Origin: Planctomycetales bacterium
Lineage (GTDB): Bacteria; 4484-113; JAFGCY01
Assembly (NCBI GenBank): GCA_022646745.1
Contig: CP060262.1
Coordinates: forward strand, 2,160,001-2,192,000
Length of the DNA stretch: 32,000 bases
Reading direction: 5' to 3'
The notes under the pieces: generated by a model
The model's database searches: none
Seen by the model: only the letters and a program-made list of their open reading frames with translations
Told to the model about the DNA's origin: nothing
Part shown: positions 1 to 12,883 of the stretch, piece by piece
Numbering within the stretch: position 1 is the first letter of the stretch
How the letters are laid out: the number at the start of each line of letters is the position of its first letter
Made by a program: the position numbers and the translations under genes

Positions 1-1238
<1,238 letters not shown>

Positions 1239-1242
<4 letters not shown>

Positions 1243-2513
1243 CAGCTGTCCTCCCTGTCATTACGCTCCCCGCCGCCGGGCAGCTCATCCGCCATCCTGA
1301 GGATGCGGTCCGGGTCCTTGCCCTCCCACATCAGTTCGCCCATCTGCACCTGGAAGCCCTGCTCCAGCAGTTCGTGCATCTCCGTGATCACCTGCTCGGC
1401 ACTGTCACAGACCGCCGCGCTGCCACCGCCGACCTTCGTCACGGTGCTCTTCGTGTAACCGTCAATGTCGTAGAACACCTCGCCCTCCACCGGCACGCTG
1501 ACGCTGATCCCCTGTCCCATGTCGTTGACAGCGGTGAAGGCCAGCGCCGTGGCCGGGTGGCCGGGATGCTCCTCAGTGGCTTCGCTGACGAGGAAGCCCA
1601 TCTCGGCCAGGGTCTCGCGGATACCGCGCGCGATGTAGTCACGCTGGTCCGCCTTGACCTGTGCCGCATTGGCCTTCTCCACCAGCTCCTGTTCCTTCGC
1701 CTGGGCCTGCTGCGCCAGGTCGTCCGGCACCGCAGCCGCGTTGCCAGCGCGCAGTTCCCGCGTGCGCTCGTCCATCGCTGCCACCTCGCCGGGCAGCCAG
1801 CGCATCACGGTGGTGTCAGCCTGCAGGCCAGCCACGCAGCTTTCCCAGGCCGCCAGCCGGTCCTCCAGCTCCTGCCGTTCACGGCGCTCGCGTTCGGCAT
1901 CATGCTGCACGCGCACTTCCAGCCGGTCGATCGCCTTGTCAGCGAGGCGGATGTGGTAGTCGGTCATCACCGGGTCGTCACCACGCACGCTGGCGCGCGC
2001 CTCGTACAGGGCCTGCCTTGCCTCCTCGACGGCGCGCTCCTCCAGCTTCGTGTTGGCCTGCGCCTCGAGTGCAGCCATGCGCTCCTGCAGGGCCGTGATC
2101 CGGCCGCGGAAGGCCTCACGCTCATCCGCACTGCGCTGGGCGGCCTGCTGCCGCGCGCTGTCAACCGCCGCAGTGAGCTGCCGGCGCGCCAGCACCAGCA
2201 TCGCCTCGATGTTCGCCATGTCCGGGTTGGCAGCGTTGCTGGCCGTGGCCCGCGCACGGTTGATTTCATCACTGATGCGCATTTCATCCGCAGGTGACAG
2301 GCGTTCACTGACCGCCGCCAGCTCATGCTCAAGCGCCGTGGCCTGGTCCATCACCGCATTGCGGCGCTGCATCTCCCGCTGCCGCATCCACTCATCGGCG
2401 CGGCTGCGGCGCAGGCGCATCTCCTGCTGGGCCTCCACGCGGCGCGCCTCGGAGATCGTGGCGCGGATCGCGGCCGTCAGGCTGGGGGAGACGTACTTCG
2501 GTGAACCGCTCAT
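1239..2513 (-). CDS. Coiled-coil protein (~280 aa of charged heptad-like, E/R/A/Q-rich sequence) with a ~130-aa C-terminal globular domain; function unknown
   Basis: 424-aa ORF. ATG at 2513-2511 overlaps the stop of the upstream rSAM gene (ATGA). Its own TGA overlaps the GTG of the AAA+ gene. GC3-rich codon usage matches the neighbours. I recognised no catalytic motif. Confidence 0.7.
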
Positions 2514-3157
2514 CCCTCGCTGCCTCCGTTGCCAAGCAGGATGCCGCGCTTCGCCAGGCCATCGCGGAACTGCTCCACGAAGCCACTGCGCGGCGGCACC
2601 CCGGTGAAGCTCAGGCCTTCGTCGTCAAGTTGCAGTTCCAGCCCCACTGGGCTGTCATCCAGCCCGGCCAGCTCATCGGCGTAGCGGCCATTCAGGTCTA
2701 TCAGGCGCTGGTTGCTGGATCCGCGCCACTTAAGTTCGGCATGCCGGTGGCGGATGTAAGGCCCGTCCACCAGCAGGTCCACCTGTGCCAGCAATGTACG
2801 CTGGGAATCGCTGCCCCGGTGCAACAGGTCCTCATGGCGGTAGCCGGTGTAACACATCACGCCGATGTCGCGCGATGCGCGCACTCTCGTAATCAGATCT
2901 CTGAGGGCTTCCGGCTGCTGCATCGGTTCGCCGCCGGACAGGGTCAGCCCCTCGATCCCAGGCAGGCCGAGCAGCCAGTCCGTCATTTCGCTGATTGTCA
3001 CTGTCTCTCCCCCGTCACCGGGCCAGCTTTCGGGCACGATGCAGCCCGGGCAGCCGAAGGGGCATCCCTGGACCCAGATCACCGCCCTGATCCCCGGTCC
3101 CAGCACCGCAGTCCTGTCCTGCCTGCGGAAGATGCGCAGCTGATTGCGCTGGTCCAT
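2510..3157 (-). CDS. NrdG/PflA-family radical-SAM activating-enzyme-like protein (4Fe-4S, CX3CX2C)
   Basis: GPGIRAVIWVQGCPFGCPGCIVPESW matches the anaerobic-RNR-activase N-terminal cluster motif. LSGGEP (SAM/GGE motif) and the NrdG-type C-terminal LLVDGPY...LKWRGSSNQRLIDL are also present. 215 aa. Confidence 0.8.
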   Translation of the reverse strand: MDQRNQLRIFRRQDRTAVLGPGIRAVIWVQGCPFGCPGCIVPESWPGDGGETVTISEMTDWLLGLPGIEGLTLSGGEPMQQPEALRDLITRVRASRDIGVMCYTGYRHEDLLHRGSDSQRTLLAQVDLLVDGPYIRHRHAELKWRGSSNQRLIDLNGRYADELAGLDDSPVGLELQLDDEGLSFTGVPPRSGFVEQFRDGLAKRGILLGNGGSEG

Positions 3158-3176
3158 ACATTAATTGTAGTGCAGA

Positions 3177-5117
<1,941 letters not shown>

Positions 5118-5136
5118 CGCGCCAATAGGATAGCGC

Positions 5137-8100
5137 TTACTCGGCTTGCCCGGGGCTGCCCCAGCCGCCTCCGCCCGGAGTAACAATCTCAAGCTGCTCG
5201 CCGGGCTCGACTTCGATTGTGCATTTGCCGGGCAGAATACTGCGAGTTCCGTCAGCCCGTTGCAGGATATTGGCACCCTTGCTGCCGGGCTGTCCGCCAT
5301 TGGCTCCGGGTGGGGAATGCCGGCGGCGTTCCGTGATCAGCGTGACCGTCGCTGGTGCATCGAACTCGTAAGTACGAACCAGGCCATCGCCACCGCGATG
5401 CAGTCCCTCGCCACCCGTGCCGCGGGCCAGGTGGTACTCAACCACGCGGAATGGGTAGCGCCGCGCAATCGTTTCAATCGGCGTGTTCAGCGTGTTCGTC
5501 ATATGGCTGTGTATCGCGCTTTCGCCGGGGCCATCAGGCCCTGCGCCACAGCCTCCACCGATGGTTTCGTAGTAACTGAAGGGCTGGCCGGTGCGCGGGT
5601 CCACGCCGCCGATCAGCACATTGTTCATCGTGCCCTGTGAACAGGCCGGCATCCGCTCAGGCATTGCTTTCGCCAGCGCCTGCATCAATACGTCAGTGAT
5701 GCGCTGGCTGGTTTCCACGTTGCCTGCCGCAACTGCCGCCGGATACTGCGCATCCACCAGGCTGCCGGGTCGGGTGACGAGCTTCAGCGGCTGCATCGCG
5801 CCTTCGTTCTGCGGCAGTTCAGCCGGGGCCAGCAGGCGCAGCACGTAACCCAGCGCCGACAATGTGATGGCGCGCACCGCATTGATGCTGCCCGGAACCT
5901 GCTCGTCAGTCCCTGTGAAATCAGCAGTCAGTTCGTCGCCAGCCACCGTCAGCTTCACGCGGATGGCAACATCCGTAGCCTCCAGCCCGTCGCCATCCAT
6001 GAAGTCCTCAGCTTCGAAAGTCCCATCTGGGATCGCCGCCACGACTTCGCGCATCATCCGCGCCGAATACTGCAGGAGCGTCGTCGCCATTGCGGACACA
6101 TGCTCCCAGCCGTAGCTCCCGCACATCTCAATCAGGCGCCGCCGTCCGGTGAGCTGGCTGGCAATCTGCGCATTCAGGTCCCCGAGCCGCTCCTGCGGCG
6201 TGCGCGAGGCTGTGCAGATCCGTCCCTGCATTTCCTTGTCATACAGCGCAGGCTCGATGCGGATCCCTTCCTCGTCAATATGCCTTGACAGCGGCAGCGA
6301 GCCGGGGGAGATCCCGCCGACGTCTGAGTGATGCGCGCGACTGGCAACGAGGAAGCGCGGCAGGTCCTCCTCCAGTGGCACCACCGGGCTGACGATGGTG
6401 ATGTCCGGCAGGTGCGTGCCCCCACTGAACGGGTCATTGACGATGTAGTGCGCGTCCGGGTCCATCTCCGCCAGCGGGAAGCGCTCCAGCACGGCCTGCA
6501 CGGCTGTGCCCATCGAGCCGAGATGCACCGGGATATGCGCCGCCTGGGCGATCATGCGCGCCTGCTCATCAAAGATCGCGCAGGAGAAGTCGCGGCGCTG
6601 GTTGATGTTGGGGCTGTGCGCCGTGCGCATCAGGCTGTTGCCCATCTCCTCGGCGACTGCGGCGAACAGCTGGCGGAATATCTCCAGTTCTATCGGGTCT
6701 GATCCCTGTTCCCTGTTCGCTGCAACCTGTTTGCCGGTCCCCGGTCCCAGGTCCCCGGTCCCTGTTGTCTTTTCAATCAATATATGTCCGTTGTCAACCA
6801 CCCGCAGGTCCCAGCCCGCCGGGATGGTGGTGGTCGCGGACTGCTCCATGAGCGTCAGCGGTCCGGTATGCCACTGCAGCGGCAGCAGGTCGTCCCGCTG
6901 CACCACCCTGGACAGCCGCGTCTCGGTCGATGCATGCAGGTTGACTGGGTTGTTCACGCCCTGGCCCTGCGACACCTCCACCGACACATGCACTGACACG
7001 ATCTCCAATGCGCGATCGAGATGGCAATGCCCGTAAAGCTGCTCGTGCAGGCGGTGGAAATCCTCATCCCATTGATGCCTGGCATTCCAGTCCACCGTCA
7101 ACTCGTGGTCCTGCCCCGCATAGCGTACATCCACCAGCGTGCGGAAGCTGCTCCACATTCGGGTGTCGCGGTCAGCGGCCTGCACATCACTTTCCAGTTC
7201 CTTTGTCATTTGCTCGATGTGGCGGTCCAGCGTGGCAAGCGCATCGTACAGTTCATCCCTGCGGAATTCAGCTTCTGACCTGCTATACATTGCCAGCTCC
7301 ACCCGTCTGCTCCTGCTGAAACGCAGCGGTGCTGACAACATGCCGACGGCACTCAAGAGTCCCGGGCTGGCCGGCAGCAGGATGCGCCTCATCCCCAGCA
7401 GTTCTGCAAGGCGCACTGCATGCAACCCGCCGGCCCCGCCAAACGGTACCAGTGTGTACTGCCTGGGGTCATGCCCGCGCTGCGATGAAACCGCGCGGAT
7501 CGCATTCGCCATATTCTGGTCGGCGATGCGCAGGATGCCCTCGGCGCAGTCCTCAACCGCCAGGCCAAGCTGCTTCGCCAGTACATTCACCACGCGATCC
7601 GAGGCCACGCGGTCCAGCTCCAGCTTGCCAGCGAGGCGCACCTCCTCCGGCAGGTGCCCGAGCACCACATGCGCATCGGTCACCGTTGCCAGCGGCTCAT
7701 CATGCTTCTGGCGGCCGTAGCAGGCCGGGCCAGGGTCGGCCCCGGCACTCTGAGGCCCGACCTTCAGTGCCCCGCCGCTGTCAATCCAGGCGATGCTGCC
7801 GCCGCCCGCCCCGACGGTGTGGATGTCTATATGCGGCAGGCGCAGCGGGATATTGTCAATCTCCATCGTGCGCGCCAGCGGCAGGCCGTTGTCCAGGAGC
7901 GCCACATCCGTGCTGGTGCCGCCCATGTCGAAGGTGACAAGCTTCGTGATTCCGCAGTCCTGCCCGGCCTGCAGCGCGCCGAGTGCGCCGCCGGCCGGCC
8001 CGCTGAGCATCGTCAGCACCGGCTTGTAGCTGACCACCGAGACCGGCACCAGCCCGCCGTCGGAAGCCATGATGGACAGCTGCTGCTGTTCGCCTTCATC

Positions 8101-8976
8101 CAGCTTCGCAAGGTACTGCTTCATCATCCGCGCCACCATCGCATTGGCAACAGTAGTACAGCAGCGCTCGAACTCCAGTGCATCCGGGGCAATGTCCATC
8201 GAAGTGTGGATCTCGATGCCTTCGACCATTGCCTGGCTGATCTCCGCGAGAGTTGATTCCTCGTCCTCGCTGAGTTTGCGGGATTTCAGTTGTTCATAAA
8301 GCTGCCGGATGCTGTCAACATGTTTCGCAACACCGGCCGTTGTCGGCAGGAGTTCCATCAGTTGTGACCTGAATCGTGACTCAAGTTCCTGGTTTGGTCC
8401 GATGGCAGATATCGCCCAGGCACTCTTGCTGAGCAGGCCTTCCAGCTCAAGCTGCCTGCGGTAATCTGGCTGCATCTGCGCTACCCATTGCTGCTCCGGT
8501 CCGCCAATCCCGCGCACATCCTCCGGCCTGACAAGCGCTGCGCCCCGCCGCGGATGCAGCGCGTACAGCTCCGGCCGGTTCTGGCGGCCGATGCCCAGCA
8601 GGCCTTCCATACCCTTGTTGACAACAAGCCCGACGCGAGCGCCGCTGCGGGTCAGCATTGCATTCGTTGCCACCGTCGTGCCGTGGATCAGTTCATAGGG
8701 CTCCATGTCGCGGCCGGACATCGCAAGCAGCATCTGCACGCCTTCCAGCACCGCGCGCGAGGGGTCGTCCGGTGTGCTGAGCAGCTTATGCGTCAGCAGC
8801 AGCCGGCCATGCTCATCTGTGAGCACCAGATCCGTGAATGTGCCACCGGTGTCCGCCGCGATGCGCAGCAGCCCGCGCGGCGCACTATCCGCCCCGGTTG
8901 CCACATGCAGCGGGTCCAGCCCGTCATGCTCGGGACCGGTCTCCGTCTCATCCCGGTTCTTGTTAAGGTCTGCCAT
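5137..8976 (-). CDS. Fused hydantoinase A / hydantoinase B protein (5-oxoprolinase-type, ATP-hydrolysing family)
   Basis: N-terminus IAADTGGTFTDLVL and FDMGGTSTDV (HyuA ATPase fold). C-terminal half DPIELEIFRQLF…NDPFSGGTHLPDITIV… (HyuB). ~1279 aa, as in fused oxoprolinases. The tracked start at 8991 is a TTG; the first ATG is at 8976. Confidence 0.85.
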   Translation of the reverse strand: MADLNKNRDETETGPEHDGLDPLHVATGADSAPRGLLRIAADTGGTFTDLVLTDEHGRLLLTHKLLSTPDDPSRAVLEGVQMLLAMSGRDMEPYELIHGTTVATNAMLTRSGARVGLVVNKGMEGLLGIGRQNRPELYALHPRRGAALVRPEDVRGIGGPEQQWVAQMQPDYRRQLELEGLLSKSAWAISAIGPNQELESRFRSQLMELLPTTAGVAKHVDSIRQLYEQLKSRKLSEDEESTLAEISQAMVEGIEIHTSMDIAPDALEFERCCTTVANAMVARMMKQYLAKLDEGEQQQLSIMASDGGLVPVSVVSYKPVLTMLSGPAGGALGALQAGQDCGITKLVTFDMGGTSTDVALLDNGLPLARTMEIDNIPLRLPHIDIHTVGAGGGSIAWIDSGGALKVGPQSAGADPGPACYGRQKHDEPLATVTDAHVVLGHLPEEVRLAGKLELDRVASDRVVNVLAKQLGLAVEDCAEGILRIADQNMANAIRAVSSQRGHDPRQYTLVPFGGAGGLHAVRLAELLGMRRILLPASPGLLSAVGMLSAPLRFSRSRRVELAMYSRSEAEFRRDELYDALATLDRHIEQMTKELESDVQAADRDTRMWSSFRTLVDVRYAGQDHELTVDWNARHQWDEDFHRLHEQLYGHCHLDRALEIVSVHVSVEVSQGQGVNNPVNLHASTETRLSRVVQRDDLLPLQWHTGPLTLMEQSATTTIPAGWDLRVVDNGHILIEKTTGTGDLGPGTGKQVAANREQGSDPIELEIFRQLFAAVAEEMGNSLMRTAHSPNINQRRDFSCAIFDEQARMIAQAAHIPVHLGSMGTAVQAVLERFPLAEMDPDAHYIVNDPFSGGTHLPDITIVSPVVPLEEDLPRFLVASRAHHSDVGGISPGSLPLSRHIDEEGIRIEPALYDKEMQGRICTASRTPQERLGDLNAQIASQLTGRRRLIEMCGSYGWEHVSAMATTLLQYSARMMREVVAAIPDGTFEAEDFMDGDGLEATDVAIRVKLTVAGDELTADFTGTDEQVPGSINAVRAITLSALGYVLRLLAPAELPQNEGAMQPLKLVTRPGSLVDAQYPAAVAAGNVETSQRITDVLMQALAKAMPERMPACSQGTMNNVLIGGVDPRTGQPFSYYETIGGGCGAGPDGPGESAIHSHMTNTLNTPIETIARRYPFRVVEYHLARGTGGEGLHRGGDGLVRTYEFDAPATVTLITERRRHSPPGANGGQPGSKGANILQRADGTRSILPGKCTIEVEPGEQLEIVTPGGGGWGSPGQAE

Positions 8977-9049
8977 GCAGTGTCGCCACAATCATAAACC
9001 GCGCCGCCTAGTAAAATAGGCACAGCACCCAGCAGGGTAGAGGATTACC

Positions 9050-9781
9050 ATGGCAAAGGCAGCAGCAAAGGCAGTTCAGATCGCCCCCTTCACGGGCTTT
9101 TCGAAGAAGACCATCGCGTTCTACCGGGACCTCGCGAAGAACAATGAGCGTGACTGGTTCGAGGCGCACCGCGACAACTACATGAATGATGTGATCGCCC
9201 CGGCGCAGTCCTTCATCGTCAGCATGGGCGAGAAGGTGGCGAAGCTCTCCGGCGGGCTGAATGCCAACCCGGACTACAACGGCAAGGGCAGCTTCAAGAA
9301 GATCTTCACCGATGTGCGCTACAACCAGGATCGCAACCCCTACAAGACCTGGATGGACATCATGTTCTGGGAGGGCACGCGCAAGTCCAAGAAGGACAAC
9401 TCCGCCTTCTACCTGCGCATGAACCCGGAGAAGCTGTTCCTGGTGGCTGGCATCAAGGGCTTTGACAACAACCTGCTGAAGGGCTGGCGCGCGGAGATGG
9501 CCAACGCTGCCAACCAGAAGGCGGCCAGGGCCGTGATCGACAAGCTGAAGAAGGGCGGCTATGAAATCCTCGGCGAGACCTACAAGACCCTGCCGCGTGG
9601 TGCCAGCGAGGACGGCCCGATGCCGGAGCTGCAGAAGTACAGCGGCTTCTACGCCGTGCATGAGGAAAAACTGCCGGATGTGGTCTATTCCGAGAAGCTG
9701 ATGGACCACTGCCTGAAGCACTACAAGGCGATGCTGCCCCTGCACCAGCTGATGCTCGGAATTGCGGAAAAGCATAAGTAG
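9050..9781 (+). CDS. DUF2461 (TIGR02453-like) family protein
   Basis: FTGFSKKTIAFYRDLAKNNERDWFEAHRDNY … FTDVRYNQDRNPYKTW resemble the family's conserved N-terminal and RF-skDKsPYK blocks. SD GAGGA lies 6 nt upstream of the ATG. Confidence 0.7.
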   Translation: MAKAAAKAVQIAPFTGFSKKTIAFYRDLAKNNERDWFEAHRDNYMNDVIAPAQSFIVSMGEKVAKLSGGLNANPDYNGKGSFKKIFTDVRYNQDRNPYKTWMDIMFWEGTRKSKKDNSAFYLRMNPEKLFLVAGIKGFDNNLLKGWRAEMANAANQKAARAVIDKLKKGGYEILGETYKTLPRGASEDGPMPELQKYSGFYAVHEEKLPDVVYSEKLMDHCLKHYKAMLPLHQLMLGIAEKHK

Positions 9782-9810
9782 CGACGGCGCTCCCGCCGCC
9801 GGAACCTTCG

Positions 9811-9922
9811 TAGCGGTGCGCCCCTGGCGCAACTGGGAGTGGTTTTAGCTAAGTGGGCATGGCAATTGAAGTAGGGCGGCGGTAATACCGCCGCCGGGGA
9901 TGGGGTATTACCCCATCCCTAC
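9811..9922. repeat. Composite intergenic repeat: a diverged R1-type segment (9811-9867) directly abutting a double-hairpin REP-like element (9868-9922)
   Basis: GAAGTAGGGCGGCGGTAATACCGCCGCCGGGGATGGGGTATTACCCCATCCCTAC holds two adjacent stem-loops (GGCGGCGGT/ACCGCCGCC and GGGATGGGGTA/TACCCCATCCC) plus an outer GTAGGG/CCCTAC pair. A near-identical copy lies at 30618-30672. The 5' part (TAGCGG.GCGC..CTGGGAGTGG…GGCATGGCAAT) resembles 30439-30508 and 30928-30999. Confidence 0.65.
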
Positions 9923-10158
9923 GTCAATGCAATGGCTCAGCTTGCTCGATGTAAGCACCTGCGCCTGTATAACGCTGCTCCTCACCTTCTCAATAAAACC
10001 CCAAAACTGGACACCCGCTTTTCCGAACATTTCGCGATAGAGCACTATCAATAAGGGTACGCATCTGCATGGGAATGCAGGGATAGCCCTGTTGGGCCAT
10101 CCACCAGGCGGGACTTAGGACCGAGAACCGCCACAAGCAACATTCTGGAGGAATACAC

Positions 10159-10848
10159 ATGATCCGCAAGCTGATCGCTGGCCTGGCCGTCATCGCCATC
10201 GCCGCCGCCGCAATCCAGACCACCGGGGCTCGCCGGGCAGAAGCGCAGGGCATGGACCTGCAGCCCGGCACTTCCGGTTACGACTTCACCCTGATGGACA
10301 CCCAGGGCAACAGCCATGACCTTTCCGACTACACCGCCGACGGCAAGGTCGTCGTGTTGGAGTGGTTCAACCCCGGCTGCCCCTTCGTGAAGAAGTACTA
10401 CGAGGGCAGCAACCCGAGCATGAAGGCCGCCAAGGCATTCGCCGAGGAGAACGGCGTGGTCTGGCTGGCCGTCAACTCCGGTGCTCCCGGCAAGCAGGGC
10501 TACGGTGCTGATACAAACAACCAGTACGCCGCCGAGCATGGCATCAACAACCCGATCCTGCTCGACGAGAGCGGCGAGGTCGGCCGCATGTTCGGCGCGC
10601 AGAACACCCCGCAGCTGTTCATCATCTCCGAGAAGGGCATCCTGCTCTTCAACGGTGGTGTGGACGAAGCCAAGATGGACGGCGAGGTGCCGCAGCACAA
10701 CTACGTGATCAACGCCCTCGAACAGCACATGGCCGGCAAGGATGTCGACCCCTCCATCACCGCACATATCGGCTGCAGCGTGAAGTACGGCGAGCACAAG
10801 CCCGTCGAGGGCGAGATGAAGCCGGAGACCGCACAGGGCGCGCGTTAG
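10159..10848 (+). CDS. Secreted thioredoxin-fold redoxin (AhpC/TSA/redoxin-like)
   Basis: N-terminal signal-like [48 protein letters not shown] is a thioredoxin-fold active-site region. SD GGAGGA lies upstream. Confidence 0.7.
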   Translation: MIRKLIAGLAVIAIAAAAIQTTGARRAEAQGMDLQPGTSGYDFTLMDTQGNSHDLSDYTADGKVVVLEWFNPGCPFVKKYYEGSNPSMKAAKAFAEENGVVWLAVNSGAPGKQGYGADTNNQYAAEHGINNPILLDESGEVGRMFGAQNTPQLFIISEKGILLFNGGVDEAKMDGEVPQHNYVINALEQHMAGKDVDPSITAHIGCSVKYGEHKPVEGEMKPETAQGAR

Positions 10849-11297
10849 TCGCGGGCGTCCAGCTGCTGAATCCGCGCTGACAACAGGTGCAGCCCGGCGA
10901 TGTAGCTGTCAACACCGAAACCGGTGACAACGCCGACCGCACCCATCGCGGTATAGCTGTGGCGGCGGAACTCCTCGCGGGCGTGTATGTTCGAGAGGTG
11001 CACCTCCACCACCGGCAGGCCGCAGGCGCGGATCGCATCAAGCAGCGCAATACTCGTATGTGAATAGGCCGCGGGGTTCATCAGGATCCCGCGGTTTCCG
11101 TTTTCTCTTGCCGACAGGATCGCATCCGCCAGCACACCTTCATGGTTGCTCTGCAGGATCGTCAGCTCGGCCCCGCGCTGCCTGGCCGTTTCCTCGAGCT
11201 GCGCATTGATCTCGCCAAGGCTGAGGCTGCCGTAGATTTCCGGTTCGCGGGTGCCGAGCTTATCCAGTGAGGGTCCGTGCAGTACCAGCAGTTTCAT
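10845..11297 (-). CDS. aroQ: 3-dehydroquinate dehydratase, type II
   Basis: [20 protein letters not shown] and [15 protein letters not shown] are type II DHQase signatures. 150 aa. ATGA overlap with the upstream gene. Confidence 0.9.
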   Translation of the reverse strand: MKLLVLHGPSLDKLGTREPEIYGSLSLGEINAQLEETARQRGAELTILQSNHEGVLADAILSARENGNRGILMNPAAYSHTSIALLDAIRACGLPVVEVHLSNIHAREEFRRHSYTAMGAVGVVTGFGVDSYIAGLHLLSARIQQLDARD

Positions 11298-12883
11298 CGC
11301 CTGATCGCCTCCAGTGATTCAATCAATTCGTCACGCTCCACCGGGATGCCATGCATCAGCTCACCGGGGCGCACCGGCAGCACCATCTCAATTTGCCCGC
11401 TGCGGTTCTTCTTGTCCAGCTTCACAAGCGACAGGATCGCAGCCGGCTCAGGCAGTTCATGCTCCACCGGCAGGCGGCACTGCTCCAGCGCGCGGCGCAC
11501 GATCGCCTCGTTGTCAGCCTGGGCCATGCCGTTGCCTTCCGCGATGCGGCAGGCGCACAGCATCCCGAGCCCGACAGCCTCACCATGCGTCAGCAGGCCC
11601 TCCGACAGTGCCTCCAGCGCATGCCCGATGGTATGGCCGAAGTTCAGCAGCTTGCGCTCGCCCTGCTCACGGAAGTCGGAACTGACAACGCTGCACTTCT
11701 GCAGGCTGCAGCGCTCCACGAGCCTCGTCAGCGCTGCTATGTCGCCCCGGCTTGCCGCGCTGTAGGCCGCTGACTGGTCCTCGTCAATCGCCGCGCTCAG
11801 CATGTCGTACTTGACAACCTCCGCCAGCCCACAGCGCAGTTCCCGCTCGGGCAGTGTTGCCAGAGCCTGAGGGTCGCAGGCCACGCACAGCGGCAGGTGG
11901 AAACTGCCGACGAGGTTCTTGGCACTGCCGAAGTTGATCGCGGTCTTGCCGCCGATCGCCGCGTCCACCATCCCCATCAGGCTTGTCGGCAGCAGCACGC
12001 AGCTAATCCCGCGCATGTACAGCGAGGCCGCCAGCCCGGCGATGTCAGTCACCACGCCGCCACCCAGTCCGAGCAGCAGCGAGTCGCGGTTGGCACGGTT
12101 CTCCGCGAGGAAGGTCAGCACGATCTGCAGGTGTTCCAGTGACTTGCTGCCCTCGCCGGCGGGCAGGCTCAGCCAGCGCACCTCACGGTCAGCGATTGCC
12201 AGCGCTTCTGCCAGCGCATCGCCATGCAGCTCCATCACGTTCTCATCCGTCAGCATGAACACGGTTTCCTGCGCTGGCAGCAGTGCGTCCAGCCGCACGG
12301 GATCACGCAGCAGGCCGGGCAGCACATGCACCGCTGATACCTTGCCATCACCCGGCTCCACCAGCCGAGGTTCACCGAAGTGCCAGGCGACCTGCCGGGC
12401 GGCGAACAGCGGGTCAAGGTAGCTTGTGTCAACGCGCTGGTCGGCGATCCGGTAGACCGGTTCACGCTCCGCCAGCAGGCCCTCGATCCGTTCCTCGATG
12501 TCGTCGGTGAACATCAGCGGACGCCCGCCCTCGCTTTCGATGCGGTTCAGCAGGCATTCGAGGTCCGCCGTCAGGTTGACGACGTGGCTGCCGCGCGCCA
12601 GCAGTTCGCGGCGCTCTGGATCCAGCACCGTACCGCCGCCGCTGGCAATCACCACATATATTGCTTCGGCCAGCTCCCGGCAGCATTCCAGCTCCAGTTC
12701 GCGGAAGCGGCCCTCACCATGCAGCTCCCAGATGCGCGGAATCTCCATCCCCGTACGCTCCACGATCATCGCGTCGGTGTCAACGAAGCGGTAACCCAGC
12801 AGGCGCGCCAGTTCGCGTCCGACACTGGACTTGCCGCTGCCCATGAAGCCGGTCAGCAGGATCCGCCGCGGCAGCTCAGGCAT
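11294..12883 (-). CDS. aroB: Bifunctional shikimate kinase / 3-dehydroquinate synthase (AroK-AroB fusion)
   Basis: The N-terminus [30 protein letters not shown] (AroK P-loop) is followed by a DHQS body (…[14 protein letters not shown]…, [11 protein letters not shown]). Start taken at the ATG at 12883 (MPELPRR). The tracked 599-aa ORF adds an implausible W/C/R-rich extension that overlaps aroC. Confidence 0.85.
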   Translation of the reverse strand: MPELPRRILLTGFMGSGKSSVGRELARLLGYRFVDTDAMIVERTGMEIPRIWELHGEGRFRELELECCRELAEAIYVVIASGGGTVLDPERRELLARGSHVVNLTADLECLLNRIESEGGRPLMFTDDIEERIEGLLAEREPVYRIADQRVDTSYLDPLFAARQVAWHFGEPRLVEPGDGKVSAVHVLPGLLRDPVRLDALLPAQETVFMLTDENVMELHGDALAEALAIADREVRWLSLPAGEGSKSLEHLQIVLTFLAENRANRDSLLLGLGGGVVTDIAGLAASLYMRGISCVLLPTSLMGMVDAAIGGKTAINFGSAKNLVGSFHLPLCVACDPQALATLPERELRCGLAEVVKYDMLSAAIDEDQSAAYSAASRGDIAALTRLVERCSLQKCSVVSSDFREQGERKLLNFGHTIGHALEALSEGLLTHGEAVGLGMLCACRIAEGNGMAQADNEAIVRRALEQCRLPVEHELPEPAAILSLVKLDKKNRSGQIEMVLPVRPGELMHGIPVERDELIESLEAIRR

